Below, piece after piece: positions 14,017 through 22,798 of a stretch of DNA of 64,000 nt; position 1 is the stretch's first letter, and every line of letters begins with the position of its first letter. Made by a program: the position numbers and the translations under genes. The stretch spans positions 29,630 through 93,629 of the forward strand of contig CAYSOA010000001.1 of assembly GCA_964432565.1 (NCBI GenBank), in the 5' to 3' direction. The notes below the pieces were generated by a model. It was not told the origin of the DNA, ran no database searches, and saw nothing but the letters and a program-made list of their open reading frames with translations. This DNA is from an uncultured Bacteriovorax sp. Lineage in GTDB: Bacteria; Bdellovibrionota; UBA1018.

Positions 14017-14055
14017 GTTCTCGCGAATGCCCCCGAATGGCCCCATAACTGAGGC

Positions 14056-14802
14056 ATGATGCCTTGCGTTCGCCGTTGTCGTTCCTTCTCTTTGGTCGGC
14101 TCGCTGGCTTTGCTGCTAGGGATGATGACCACCTCGGGCATTGAAGCCCGGGCCGAAGGGGTGACGGCGCAGGCCTTCGAAATCAAGGGATCCCGCGAAA
14201 AGCCCCTTTTTGAGTTCGACCAGGTCTTTGAGCAGGATGGCCTTTCTTCGCGCTCGGTTTTTCGTTCGAACGACGGCCGTGAGCTGGCGATCGAGACGAT
14301 GACGTTCGACGCGAAGGGTGCTCCGCTGCGTTACCGGGTGGATCACGTGCAGACCGGGGCATCGGGAGTGGTCGAGGTGAAGGGCGGGCGACTGCATTTC
14401 ACCCATCGAACGCCCGAGGGCAAGGTGCGCAAGTCAGACGAAAAGCTGCCGGAGATCTGGGCTGTGGGGCCGATGTTCATTCCCGTGGTGCGCCGCCACT
14501 GGGACCGACTGGCAAAGGGTGAGACTCTGCAGTTTCGGTTCGCGGTCTGGGATCGGGCCGAGACGGTGGGATTTGAGCTCTTCAAGCTCCGAACCGAGCG
14601 TAAGCCTGACGGGCGCGAGGTGGTCGTTCTCAAGCTCAAACCGTCGAACTTTCTGATTTCGGCGCTTGTTGATCCGCTCTTCTTCGAAATGCGTCCCGAT
14701 GGGTCCGCTCTCGAAACCATGACCGGCCGCACTTTGCCCAAGCGTGAAGTCGGGGGACGTTTCAAGGATCTGGACGCCTACATCGTCTACACGCAGAAAT
14801 AA
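14056..14802 (+). CDS. hypothetical secreted protein
   Basis: A 248-aa ORF with an N-terminal signal peptide (LVGSLALLLGMMTTSGIEARA). No recognised motif. Confidence 0.45.
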   Translation: MMPCVRRCRSFSLVGSLALLLGMMTTSGIEARAEGVTAQAFEIKGSREKPLFEFDQVFEQDGLSSRSVFRSNDGRELAIETMTFDAKGAPLRYRVDHVQTGASGVVEVKGGRLHFTHRTPEGKVRKSDEKLPEIWAVGPMFIPVVRRHWDRLAKGETLQFRFAVWDRAETVGFELFKLRTERKPDGREVVVLKLKPSNFLISALVDPLFFEMRPDGSALETMTGRTLPKREVGGRFKDLDAYIVYTQK

Positions 14803-14876
14803 TTGGGGGCGCGTAGCCGCCTCTGGACATCGGTGGCTGGCCGGTGTTATCCGAGTTTCCTTAGTTCAATCGCTGC

Positions 14877-14966
14877 GGAGAGGTGTGAGAGTGGTTGAAT
14901 CAGCACGCCTCGAAAGCGTGTAGGTCGGAAACGATCTCGAGGGTTCGAATCCCTCCCTCTCCGCCA
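14877..14966 (+). tRNA. tRNA-Ser (anticodon CGA)
   Basis: The sequence shows a 7-bp acceptor stem (GGAGAGG/CCTCTCC), a D-arm, an anticodon stem CACGC/GCGTG with loop CTCGAAA (anticodon CGA), a long variable arm, a T-arm GAGGG-TTCGAAT-CCCTC, discriminator G and an encoded CCA. The 90-nt length is typical of class II tRNA-Ser. Confidence 0.85.
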
Positions 14967-15233
14967 CTTTCTGATTCAAAATCCGAATGGTTCTGGTTCT
15001 GGGGTTCTCCTCACTCCATGGCGTCGCCTGTCCACTGGACAGGTCGGGCCCACCTTTTGGTTTCGCAAGTGCGTCAAAGCCGCCTGTCGGCATTCCGCAA
15101 AGACACCCCAAAGGCCCCTTTATTTTAGCTCGCGCGCCGATCGCGGCGCCGAAGGCAGGCAAGAATCACGTTCGCAGATCCTGCCAGCCGCATCCCGAGA
15201 GCATTCCCTGGCCCCGTCGGCTCCTGAAAAAAC

Positions 15234-16364
15234 TCAATAAGTTCCCGTACAGACCAGGCAGTGGATGGCTCCCATTCCCCGAATGGGTTCCGACGAATCG
15301 ACGGTAAGAACTTCAAATCCGAGCGATTCGTAGAGACGCTTGGCCTGCTGTTCGAGTTCCAGCAGCCCTCGGGGAGGAGCGGAAAACCCCCCTGAATATG
15401 TCGGCATGTACAGCTTGCCGTTCAAGATCACGCTATTCACAAAGCCAGCCGCGCCCGATCCGATTCGCTCAGAGAACTCCTCGACACGGATGACTTCGAA
15501 CCGGAGCGACTTGAACTTCCGTGCCGCCTGGTCCAAAGCTGCGTTGACCTCTGGCCTTTTGGACTGGGAGACAACGACCGTTTCCTTGCCACGAATCCGG
15601 CCGAGGTATTTTGCAACCAGGTCCACGTGACCGATTCCTCCATCCCGAGGGTGCTCCGGAAGCACATGGACTTCCTTTGCTTCAAAAGCCTTTTTTAACT
15701 CGTCAATAATCTGCTTGCGACTCAACCCCTGATCGAGGTTGTCGGTAATCATCTTTTGAGACGTGAAAAGCCGTCTTCTTCCATCGACCATGATGTTTCC
15801 GAGTTCACCGATGAGAGGCGATTGATAATGCGGCAACTTGAATGCCTTGGCAAAACGCTCCGGGGCCTGGTGTCCAAAGGACTTCGCGGTGTAAGTGAGA
15901 TTCACAAATTCAATGGAGCCATCCTGTCGCACGACTTTCTGTGGCACCCAATCTCTGACCCAGGCGGAACCCCAGTTGTTGGTTTCGACGATGGTGACGT
16001 TCTTCTTGGTCCTGAGGGTCTGAAGCAGCTGGGATGACGGATGCTTTTCCACCACGATGAGGATGACTTTCATGTCCGGCGACAACTGCGAATAGAGACT
16101 CAAAAGAGTGTCATCAAACCTTCCTGCGTAGCCAAGGATCACCGTGTTGGCGGGCTCGTCCTCCGGAACCAGTCCGGGCCGAAATGGATCACGCTGCTTT
16201 CCAAAAATTCCGGAACAGGAGATCAGCCCCTTCTTCGTGATCCTACCGGCAGGAACGGGCGGGCCCCCTTGCGCGGGCCCCGCCGCACTCGCGATTCCCA
16301 GCAGGGCGAGAAATGAAATGTTTAAAGGATGCCTGATCCAATTCACTGGCTCGCTCCTCGGCAA
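15234..16364 (-). CDS. agmatine deiminase / Porphyromonas-type peptidyl-arginine deiminase family protein, with signal peptide
   Basis: The 376-aa ORF has an N-terminal signal peptide (ISFLALLGIASAAGPAQG) and a C-terminal catalytic-Cys motif (GMGAIHCLVCTG) like the AguA/PAD_porph GGxxHCxT motif. The amidinotransferase-fold acidic residues are present. Confidence 0.6.
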   Translation of the reverse strand: MPRSEPVNWIRHPLNISFLALLGIASAAGPAQGGPPVPAGRITKKGLISCSGIFGKQRDPFRPGLVPEDEPANTVILGYAGRFDDTLLSLYSQLSPDMKVILIVVEKHPSSQLLQTLRTKKNVTIVETNNWGSAWVRDWVPQKVVRQDGSIEFVNLTYTAKSFGHQAPERFAKAFKLPHYQSPLIGELGNIMVDGRRRLFTSQKMITDNLDQGLSRKQIIDELKKAFEAKEVHVLPEHPRDGGIGHVDLVAKYLGRIRGKETVVVSQSKRPEVNAALDQAARKFKSLRFEVIRVEEFSERIGSGAAGFVNSVILNGKLYMPTYSGGFSAPPRGLLELEQQAKRLYESLGFEVLTVDSSEPIRGMGAIHCLVCTGTY

Positions 16365-16469
16365 AAACCCCGTTCGAGAGAGAACGCCGAGGTCTCCTGC
16401 TTGAGTCTTTTCGGAAAGTTTCCGGAAGACCTTAATCCTGTGTGATCTTTCACCGATTTTGTCTTTTCA

Positions 16470-17299
16470 GCCGCAGAGCGTCTGGCCGGTCGCACCCTCG
16501 ATGATTTTATCCGCTCAAAACTGATTTCTCCTGATCCAGACACCTACCCAAATCAGATTCTGGAATCACTCACCGCTCTCGGAACAAAAGTGCAGGAGCT
16601 GCCATCCGATCGAGCAGGAACCATCCGCTTCCTGCTCGGAGATGAAGCGGTCGACTCTGAACCGGGGAACGGCTGCTCGCGTTCTTGATCGATCTGGGAC
16701 GTGAAACCACTGACCTCGATTTCATGGTCACTCGTCTGGCCGCAGAAGAGCCTGTGCTCCGCGGGGCTTTTCAGGAAATCGTTGCTACTCCGAGTGACGA
16801 CGTTTTCGCGATGACGCTGGTTGGAATCAAGCCGCTCGTGCAGGCGCACATGAATTATCCCTGCTTCCGTGCCACGATTGAAATCCGGCTGATGAACGGA
16901 AAAATGCACGATCGCCTTCAGATTGACCTCGGGGTGGGCGATCTGGTCACACCCGCGAAAAGAGCACTAGGGCTCCTCAATCACCGAGGCCATGCGCTCT
17001 TCGAAGAGTCTATTTCGTTACTCGTGTACCCGGTCGAGACTATCTACGCTGAAAAACTCGAGACGGTGATCTCGAAGGGCGGGCTCAATAGCCGAATGAA
17101 GGACTTTCATGATCTGCTGCTCATGGGACGCCAGAATGGCTTGATGGAACTGGATCGGCTGGGAGAATGCGTTCGGTCGACGTTCGCCCATCGGGGCACT
17201 GAGTTGCAGCTTCCGATCGACTTCATCGCGCCTGGCTGGGTTTCGCTTCAGTCGCATTGGGATCGGCACATTGGTACTGTACTTGGGAAGGGATCTTGA
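16470..17299 (+). pseudogene. AbiEii/AbiGii-family nucleotidyltransferase toxin, frameshifted and N-terminally degraded
   Basis: The 16685-17299 ORF matches the DUF1814 nucleotidyltransferase core (RETTDLDF...). Upstream sequence in a different frame (AAERLAGRTLDDFIRSKL...GTIRFLLGDEAVDS) continues the family N-terminus. No start codon or RBS is present, and no AbiEi antitoxin gene is found. Confidence 0.5.
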
Positions 17300-17490
17300 G
17301 CCGAAATGCGTGGCTGCGGATGCGTGCGCTCATGTCATGACGGCCAAGCGCGCCGCAAATCCGTATCAGGCCGCCAAGCTCCTGGGGTGCAATATGTAAA
17401 AGGTCTGGCGACTCTGGAAAACCCTCGAGCTGGCTCCGGACCTGATGAAACTTACCAGTTAAAATGGTCGGGCCTACCTTTTCGGTTCCT

Positions 17491-18219
17491 TCACTCGACG
17501 AGCGGGAACTTTCCGATGACCTGATCCTTCGGTAGCGCGTCGTAGTGCCACCACTCGATCGGAAGCTGGATGAATCCGGCGTCCTCCATGGCTTTTCGAA
17601 GCAGGTGGCGGTTTCGGATCTGCTTCTCGCTGAGCCTTCCCTCTTTGAAGAAGCGCGTCTCGAGCTGCGTTTGTGCTACCGGAGAAAAATCATCGAACGG
17701 CGTGCCCATGTCGAGCTCCTGTCCCTCGGGGTCGATGATCGTCAGGTCGACTGCAAATCCATAGTTGTGGATGGAGCCGACCTTCGGATCGGCAACGTAC
17801 TCCTGCTGATCGGTTCCCTTCACCTTGTCCCAGAGGATGAACTGCACTGAACGGGGGCGCAGGGCATCAAGGATCAGCAGGTGGTGTCCCGGTTTCACCG
17901 AGGCCAGGTTGGCCGCGGCCTTGTGTAGCTTTTCTGCGGCGATTCGGTGGAGGTACGCCTTTGCAAATTCGCCGTAGAGGTTCCGGCCGACAAAGTTGTT
18001 GGTCGATGCGTACCTCAGGTCGATGGCGATTTGTGCGGATGGGCGAATTTCGACGAAGTCGGTGGAAGACTGAATCATCCGTAGGGACTCCTTTACTGGG
18101 GTGGTGCCCGGCGCGGTGATCGACGCAGCGGCATTGGCGAGACTCGCGCCCGCAACGAGCGCCAGGGTGGCTGTTCCGAGAAGCAGTTGCGGGAACGAAA
18201 ACGGAGTAGCGTGCAACAC
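17491..18219 (-). CDS. D-alanyl-D-alanine dipeptidase (M15D, VanX/DdpX-like), secreted
   Basis: A Zn-binding SxHxxGxAxD motif (SIHNYGFAVDLT) and a WWH motif (IEWWHYD) are present. An N-terminal signal peptide is also present. Confidence 0.65.
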   Translation of the reverse strand: MLHATPFSFPQLLLGTATLALVAGASLANAAASITAPGTTPVKESLRMIQSSTDFVEIRPSAQIAIDLRYASTNNFVGRNLYGEFAKAYLHRIAAEKLHKAAANLASVKPGHHLLILDALRPRSVQFILWDKVKGTDQQEYVADPKVGSIHNYGFAVDLTIIDPEGQELDMGTPFDDFSPVAQTQLETRFFKEGRLSEKQIRNRHLLRKAMEDAGFIQLPIEWWHYDALPKDQVIGKFPLVE

Positions 18220-18299
18220 GCCTCATGCTTCCGCAATCCCGTGGCAAGTGCAACGAACTTCGCCCATTTGGGGCAGCAACACCAGCCGGTCAATTGGGT

Positions 18300-19592
18300 C
18301 TACCGAATATCCAGTAGCTCGTAGGGACTTTCGAGGCATAGCCATCGATCGGCCGGCCTGACAATTCGCCGAGGAGACTGCAGACGAATGAGCCGCGACG
18401 AGTTTGGGCAGTCGAAGGTGCGCGCCACTCCCACAAGATCGAATGAGCTCAGGTTGGATTGAAGTAGCTCGAGGCCCCGCATCTTGAAGGCGGGGAGTGT
18501 GGATAACAGTCTTTTTCGCTGCATGCTGTCGAACGAAGACAGGATGAACTGGTAGGGTTGTGGGCCTGAATGTAGTGTGGGATGGGTGTCCGCAGCGATT
18601 CTTGCGAGCGCCTGTTGGGCTTCCGATCGGTTACCGAAAATGACAAAAAAATCCCCGCTGTCGATGGTGGTACCCGCCCTCAGTTCCGCCCGTTGCGGAA
18701 GGCGGACCAGCACCATGGTTCGGTCTTTTGGGGTATGACCTACGCGGTAGAAGCAGTCGTCTGAGGTCTTCGGAAAGACAAAGGTGATGCCGTTGCCACG
18801 ATTCTCATGTGCGCTCGAATAAAATCCAAATGCAGAAAATCTCTCGTCTCCGGTCGTGCCGTCCCGGAATGTCGTGTCGTCCCAGAGCTCGGACTTTTGC
18901 AGTGTGAGACGGTCTCCGGAGCGGTTGAGAACGGCAAGATGCGGAAGCAGGTCTTGGTTGAAGGCGGCCCATGGAAAGTTGAAGCGGTCCAAAACGGGTG
19001 AGCCAGGAGCCTGGTTCGTCCAGCGGTAGGACATCTTGAGGATGCGATCGTCGACGACCTGAATGCGTTGATGATTGATGATTCCATACTTGGGCGCACC
19101 CCGAGGGTCGTGCGCCTGTTGCGGCAGATTGATCAGATCAATCGTTCCCGAGTCCGGGCGGAACCAGTGAAAGATTTTCGGAGCGAACAGAATGCCTGGC
19201 CGATCGTGGCGATGATAGACTCCAGCCTGGTGCAGGAACCACGGCGACTTGATTTTCTCATTCTCGTGCCGAGCTTTCTTGAGTTCAGTTCGCGTCCCCA
19301 CACTCTGAAAAACCCGGTCGATATAAAGTGAGTCCCTCTTTTGCGTTCCCGTAATGTCTCCGAGTCCACGTAGAGAGAGCCTCCAGATTGCCCCTGAGCC
19401 GGCGATGTGAACGCGGGCGCCGATCGACTTGAGATGAAGCAGGGTAAAAGCGTCTGCCCTTGGGTTGCTCGTTCGATCCTGCGAGTAGCTGAAGTTCGCA
19501 TTGTCTCCGAGACTTTCAGTTCCTGCTCCAAATTGAAGAGCGACCCAAACGAATAAAAGTGCCCCAATCTTCCCCGTATTGTGGCGAGTCAT
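18300..19592 (-). CDS. hypothetical secreted protein
   Basis: The signal peptide MTRHNTGKIGALLFVWVALQFGAG lies at an internal Met; the ORF is open to 19811. About 430 aa with no recognised catalytic motif. Confidence 0.4.
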   Translation of the reverse strand: MTRHNTGKIGALLFVWVALQFGAGTESLGDNANFSYSQDRTSNPRADAFTLLHLKSIGARVHIAGSGAIWRLSLRGLGDITGTQKRDSLYIDRVFQSVGTRTELKKARHENEKIKSPWFLHQAGVYHRHDRPGILFAPKIFHWFRPDSGTIDLINLPQQAHDPRGAPKYGIINHQRIQVVDDRILKMSYRWTNQAPGSPVLDRFNFPWAAFNQDLLPHLAVLNRSGDRLTLQKSELWDDTTFRDGTTGDERFSAFGFYSSAHENRGNGITFVFPKTSDDCFYRVGHTPKDRTMVLVRLPQRAELRAGTTIDSGDFFVIFGNRSEAQQALARIAADTHPTLHSGPQPYQFILSSFDSMQRKRLLSTLPAFKMRGLELLQSNLSSFDLVGVARTFDCPNSSRLIRLQSPRRIVRPADRWLCLESPYELLDIR

Positions 19593-19671
19593 GATTGTTA
19601 GGCTAGCGGGATCAAGGCACTGCGTGAAGATGTGTCGTCGATGACCCGCATCATTCGTCGAGATCGACTTC

Positions 19672-20556
19672 TCAATACATCCACGGAAAGCGATTGAAGT
19701 CGGCGGGTCGCTTCTCGAGGAACGACTCTCGACCCTCTCTCGCCTCGTCGGTGGCATAGGCCAGGCGGGTGGCCTCGCCCGCAAAGACCTGCTGGCCGAC
19801 CAGTCCGTCATCGATCAAATTGAACCCAAACTTCAGCATTCGAATCGCCGTCGGAGATTTGCTGCAAATGGTTCGCGCCCATTCGAGCCCTACTTTCTCG
19901 AGGTCGTCGTGCGAGACCACCCGATTGACCATCCCCATCTGCTGAGCCTCGTCCGCAGTGTAGCGCTGTTCTAGAAAAAACACTTCGCGAGCCCGTTTCT
20001 GTCCAATCTGCCGTGCCAGGTACGCCGAGCCGAAACCGCCGTCGAAGCTGGCCACGCGGGCATCGGCCTGCATGAAGATCGCATTTTCGCGCGAGGCAAG
20101 GGTCAGGTCACAAACCACATGAAGCGAGTGCCCGCCACCGACGGCCCAGCCCGGGACCATTGCGATCACCACCTTGGGAAGAAAACGAATCGCACGCTGG
20201 ACTTCCAGAATATGCAGTCGTCCTAGGGGCTGGCTCGGGTCTCCCTCCCGGTATTCGTACCCGGCTTCTCCTCGAACCGACTGGTCCCCGCCCGAGCAAA
20301 ACGCCCAGCCGCCGTCCTTGGGCGAGGGTCCGTTTCCAGTGAGCAGAACCACGCCCACATCGGACTGACGATGGGTCCAGTCCAGAGCTCGCAGCAGCTC
20401 GTCTACGGTTTTGGGCCGAAAGGCATTGCGCCGCTCGGGCCGATTAAAGGCGATTCGAACGGCTCCCGTGCTTCTTGCCCGGTGAAACGTGATGTCCTCA
20501 AAGGGGAGTTCAGGAACCTCAAGCCATTCACTCGTGTCGAAAAGTGGAGAGATCAT
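19672..20556 (-). CDS. menB: 1,4-dihydroxy-2-naphthoyl-CoA synthase
   Basis: The sequence aligns end-to-end with E. coli MenB, including the conserved blocks AFCSGGDQ, VIAMVPGWAVGGGHSLHVVCDLT, FDGGFGSAYLAR and LEKRPADF. Confidence 0.85.
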   Translation of the reverse strand: MISPLFDTSEWLEVPELPFEDITFHRARSTGAVRIAFNRPERRNAFRPKTVDELLRALDWTHRQSDVGVVLLTGNGPSPKDGGWAFCSGGDQSVRGEAGYEYREGDPSQPLGRLHILEVQRAIRFLPKVVIAMVPGWAVGGGHSLHVVCDLTLASRENAIFMQADARVASFDGGFGSAYLARQIGQKRAREVFFLEQRYTADEAQQMGMVNRVVSHDDLEKVGLEWARTICSKSPTAIRMLKFGFNLIDDGLVGQQVFAGEATRLAYATDEAREGRESFLEKRPADFNRFPWMY

Positions 20557-20596
20557 GGCGACAGTCTTATGCCATCACCGTGAATACCGCTAGAGG

Positions 20597-21001
20597 TCAC
20601 TCCTCGTGCAGACGGATGCGAACTTCTCGGCGGCAATGGGTACAGAGATCGTTCAGAGGAAAGGCGGGCTTGGTTCTGGCCAGCTCGAACTCATTGCCGC
20701 AGTCGGGACACCGGGCGTTTCCTCCCGAAATGACGCTTTCCTGGCCATACGCAAGATAGGCGGCGATGGGCGTCGCAAGAAGAAAAGCGGGAACCAGCAC
20801 GAAATGCAGCAGGGGAATAAATGCGGCGCCGATAGCCAGCCCGAAGAAAATCGCTCCGGTCTTGATGGCACGCTGCATGCGTTCGTGGCGTGACCAGATG
20901 ATGATCCTGGCAATGCCCTCGGCAGGCGCAGTTCCAGGCGTCTTTGAGTCGATGATTAGAACGCTGGATTTCATGTTTTGGATCATAGTACTTCGCTCCA
21001 C
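20597..21001 (-). CDS. hypothetical membrane protein with C-terminal zinc ribbon
   Basis: Two TM helices are followed by CPDCG...CTHC. The gene overlaps the stop of the upstream GH15 gene. Confidence 0.4.
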   Translation of the reverse strand: MERSTMIQNMKSSVLIIDSKTPGTAPAEGIARIIIWSRHERMQRAIKTGAIFFGLAIGAAFIPLLHFVLVPAFLLATPIAAYLAYGQESVISGGNARCPDCGNEFELARTKPAFPLNDLCTHCRREVRIRLHEE

Positions 21002-22746
21002 GGGGGGCTGACTGCAAACGCGGCATTGATGAGGCCGACGTGCGAATAGGCCTGTGGAAAATTACCGAGCTGAAGGTTTGAATCGGGAAGATAGTGCTCG
21101 GAGAAAAGCCCCAGATGATTTCCCGCGCTCGCTGCGTCTTCAACGATGGCGCGTGCTTCCTCCGTGAATCCGAGCCGGGCCAGAGCCTGGGCCACCCAGA
21201 ACGAGCAGATGAGAAATGCCGAGTGTGGTTTACCGAAGTCATCTTTTCGTCGATAGCGGTAGAAAAAAGAGGACAATGGCCTCTGTTCTCCGAGTGCCAG
21301 ATCAGACTGAATCGCCCGAACGGTGTTCAGAATAAGGTCATTGCGCGGCAGTCGCAGGACTCCCGCCAGCGAGAGAGCCGCATCGAAGGACTGGTCGGCC
21401 GGGCCATTCCGAAGCGCGCCCTCATGTTGGGCAGCCTCGATCGCGCGGATGGCCCTTTCGCGAGCATCGACCAGGAATTTCTCGCTTGGTCGAATTCTCG
21501 AGGCGCGCTCAAGCCCGGCCCATGACATCAGGTTCGTGAACGTGTGTTCCTGCCAGTGATTGCGAACCTCCCACAAGCCGGCATCCGGCGTTGAGATGGA
21601 TCGCTCGCACAGCCTCGCAAGACGCATCAGGAGCTCTTCATGCTCGCGATTTCGCAGATGCAGAAATCGTTCATCGAAGAAAATGGGCGCGAGAGTCAGC
21701 ACCATCTCGCCGTAGACGTCATTTTGCACATGCTCGGCAGCCTGATTGTTGGTTCGAACGGGAAGCGAAGCGGCATGTCCTCCCCAGTTGGTGTGTTCGT
21801 GCTCAGGCAGCGGAAGTTGCTGGCTCAGCGTATAAACGGGAGCGAGAGAATCACCAGAAGGCTCGAGTCTGCCGGCAATTCCGAGCAGAAACTTCAGAAA
21901 ACCCTCCATCTCTTCGAACTGCCCGAGATTATGCAGTGCCGACAATACGAAGTGCGCGTCGCGGAGCCAGCAGAAGCGGTAGTCCCAGTTGCGATTCTTG
22001 CCGTGCTCCTCGGGAAGGCTGGTGGTCAGGGCGGCAAGAATGGCGCCAGTGTCCTCGAAGCAGTGCAGCTTGAGGGCGAGGGCTGATCGAATGGTTTCGG
22101 TTTGAAACTGGGGCGGAATGGAACAGTGCTTCACCCAGAGTCGCCAGTACTGCGCAGTTTTTTCGAGGAAGCTGCTGCAGACCTGCTCGAGATCGTCCTC
22201 GATCGGTGTCCCCCAGGTGAGCGCGAGATGCACTGTCTCGTGAAGGGCAAAACTTTGCTCCTCGCAGAGATAGGTCAACGGCATGTTCGTGGTCAGTCTC
22301 AGGGTGTCGCCCTGGGTCTCGAAGCGCAGGTGGCTATTGCCGCGCGTGTAGGGAATGGGGCGCTTCGACCACCCTGACACGGGCCTGCACTCCACGCGAA
22401 TGACCGGTGCTCCGGAAATCGGTTCCACCCGTCTGATTAGAGCTACCGGTCGATACATTCGACTGAACTGCTCAAATCTCGGGCAAAAGTCGGTAATCCG
22501 AACACGGTCGCCAGTGCGCGATGTGAGCTCGGTAATCAGAACATTGGTGTTCTCGAGGTATCGCTGTGAGTCAAGTTCTGGAGCGTGTCCTTCGAGTGCG
22601 ATACTGAAGCGGCCACCATCTTTATCCAGCAGTGCGCCAAATGTCGGTTCGCTGTCTGGGCGCGGCAGGCAGAGCCAGTCGACAGACCCGCGTTTCGAAA
22701 TCAGTGCAGAAAACTGACAATTTCCGATCAAACCATATGGGTACAC
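20983..22746 (-). CDS. glycoside hydrolase family 15 protein (glucoamylase/trehalase-like)
   Basis: The 587-aa ORF has a GH15 N-terminal beta-sandwich start (YGLIGNCQFSALISKRGSVDWLCLPR) and an (alpha/alpha)6 catalytic domain. It is divergent from otsA. Confidence 0.7.
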   Translation of the reverse strand: MYPYGLIGNCQFSALISKRGSVDWLCLPRPDSEPTFGALLDKDGGRFSIALEGHAPELDSQRYLENTNVLITELTSRTGDRVRITDFCPRFEQFSRMYRPVALIRRVEPISGAPVIRVECRPVSGWSKRPIPYTRGNSHLRFETQGDTLRLTTNMPLTYLCEEQSFALHETVHLALTWGTPIEDDLEQVCSSFLEKTAQYWRLWVKHCSIPPQFQTETIRSALALKLHCFEDTGAILAALTTSLPEEHGKNRNWDYRFCWLRDAHFVLSALHNLGQFEEMEGFLKFLLGIAGRLEPSGDSLAPVYTLSQQLPLPEHEHTNWGGHAASLPVRTNNQAAEHVQNDVYGEMVLTLAPIFFDERFLHLRNREHEELLMRLARLCERSISTPDAGLWEVRNHWQEHTFTNLMSWAGLERASRIRPSEKFLVDARERAIRAIEAAQHEGALRNGPADQSFDAALSLAGVLRLPRNDLILNTVRAIQSDLALGEQRPLSSFFYRYRRKDDFGKPHSAFLICSFWVAQALARLGFTEEARAIVEDAASAGNHLGLFSEHYLPDSNLQLGNFPQAYSHVGLINAAFAVSPPWSEVL

Positions 22747-22798
22747 AGGGGAGATGGTAGTTTAGTTTGGGCGCAAAATAAATTACGATCCCCACCGC

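Noticed and set aside
14967-15233. Looked for a direct repeat of the tRNA-Ser 3' end (att site) and an integrase downstream of the tRNA
   Set aside because: No copy of the tRNA 3' segment and no integrase or recombinase gene was found, so an intact integrative element cannot be claimed.
16553-16909. 118-aa minus-strand ORF in the AbiEii region
   Set aside because: It is antisense to the DUF1814 homology and has no support.
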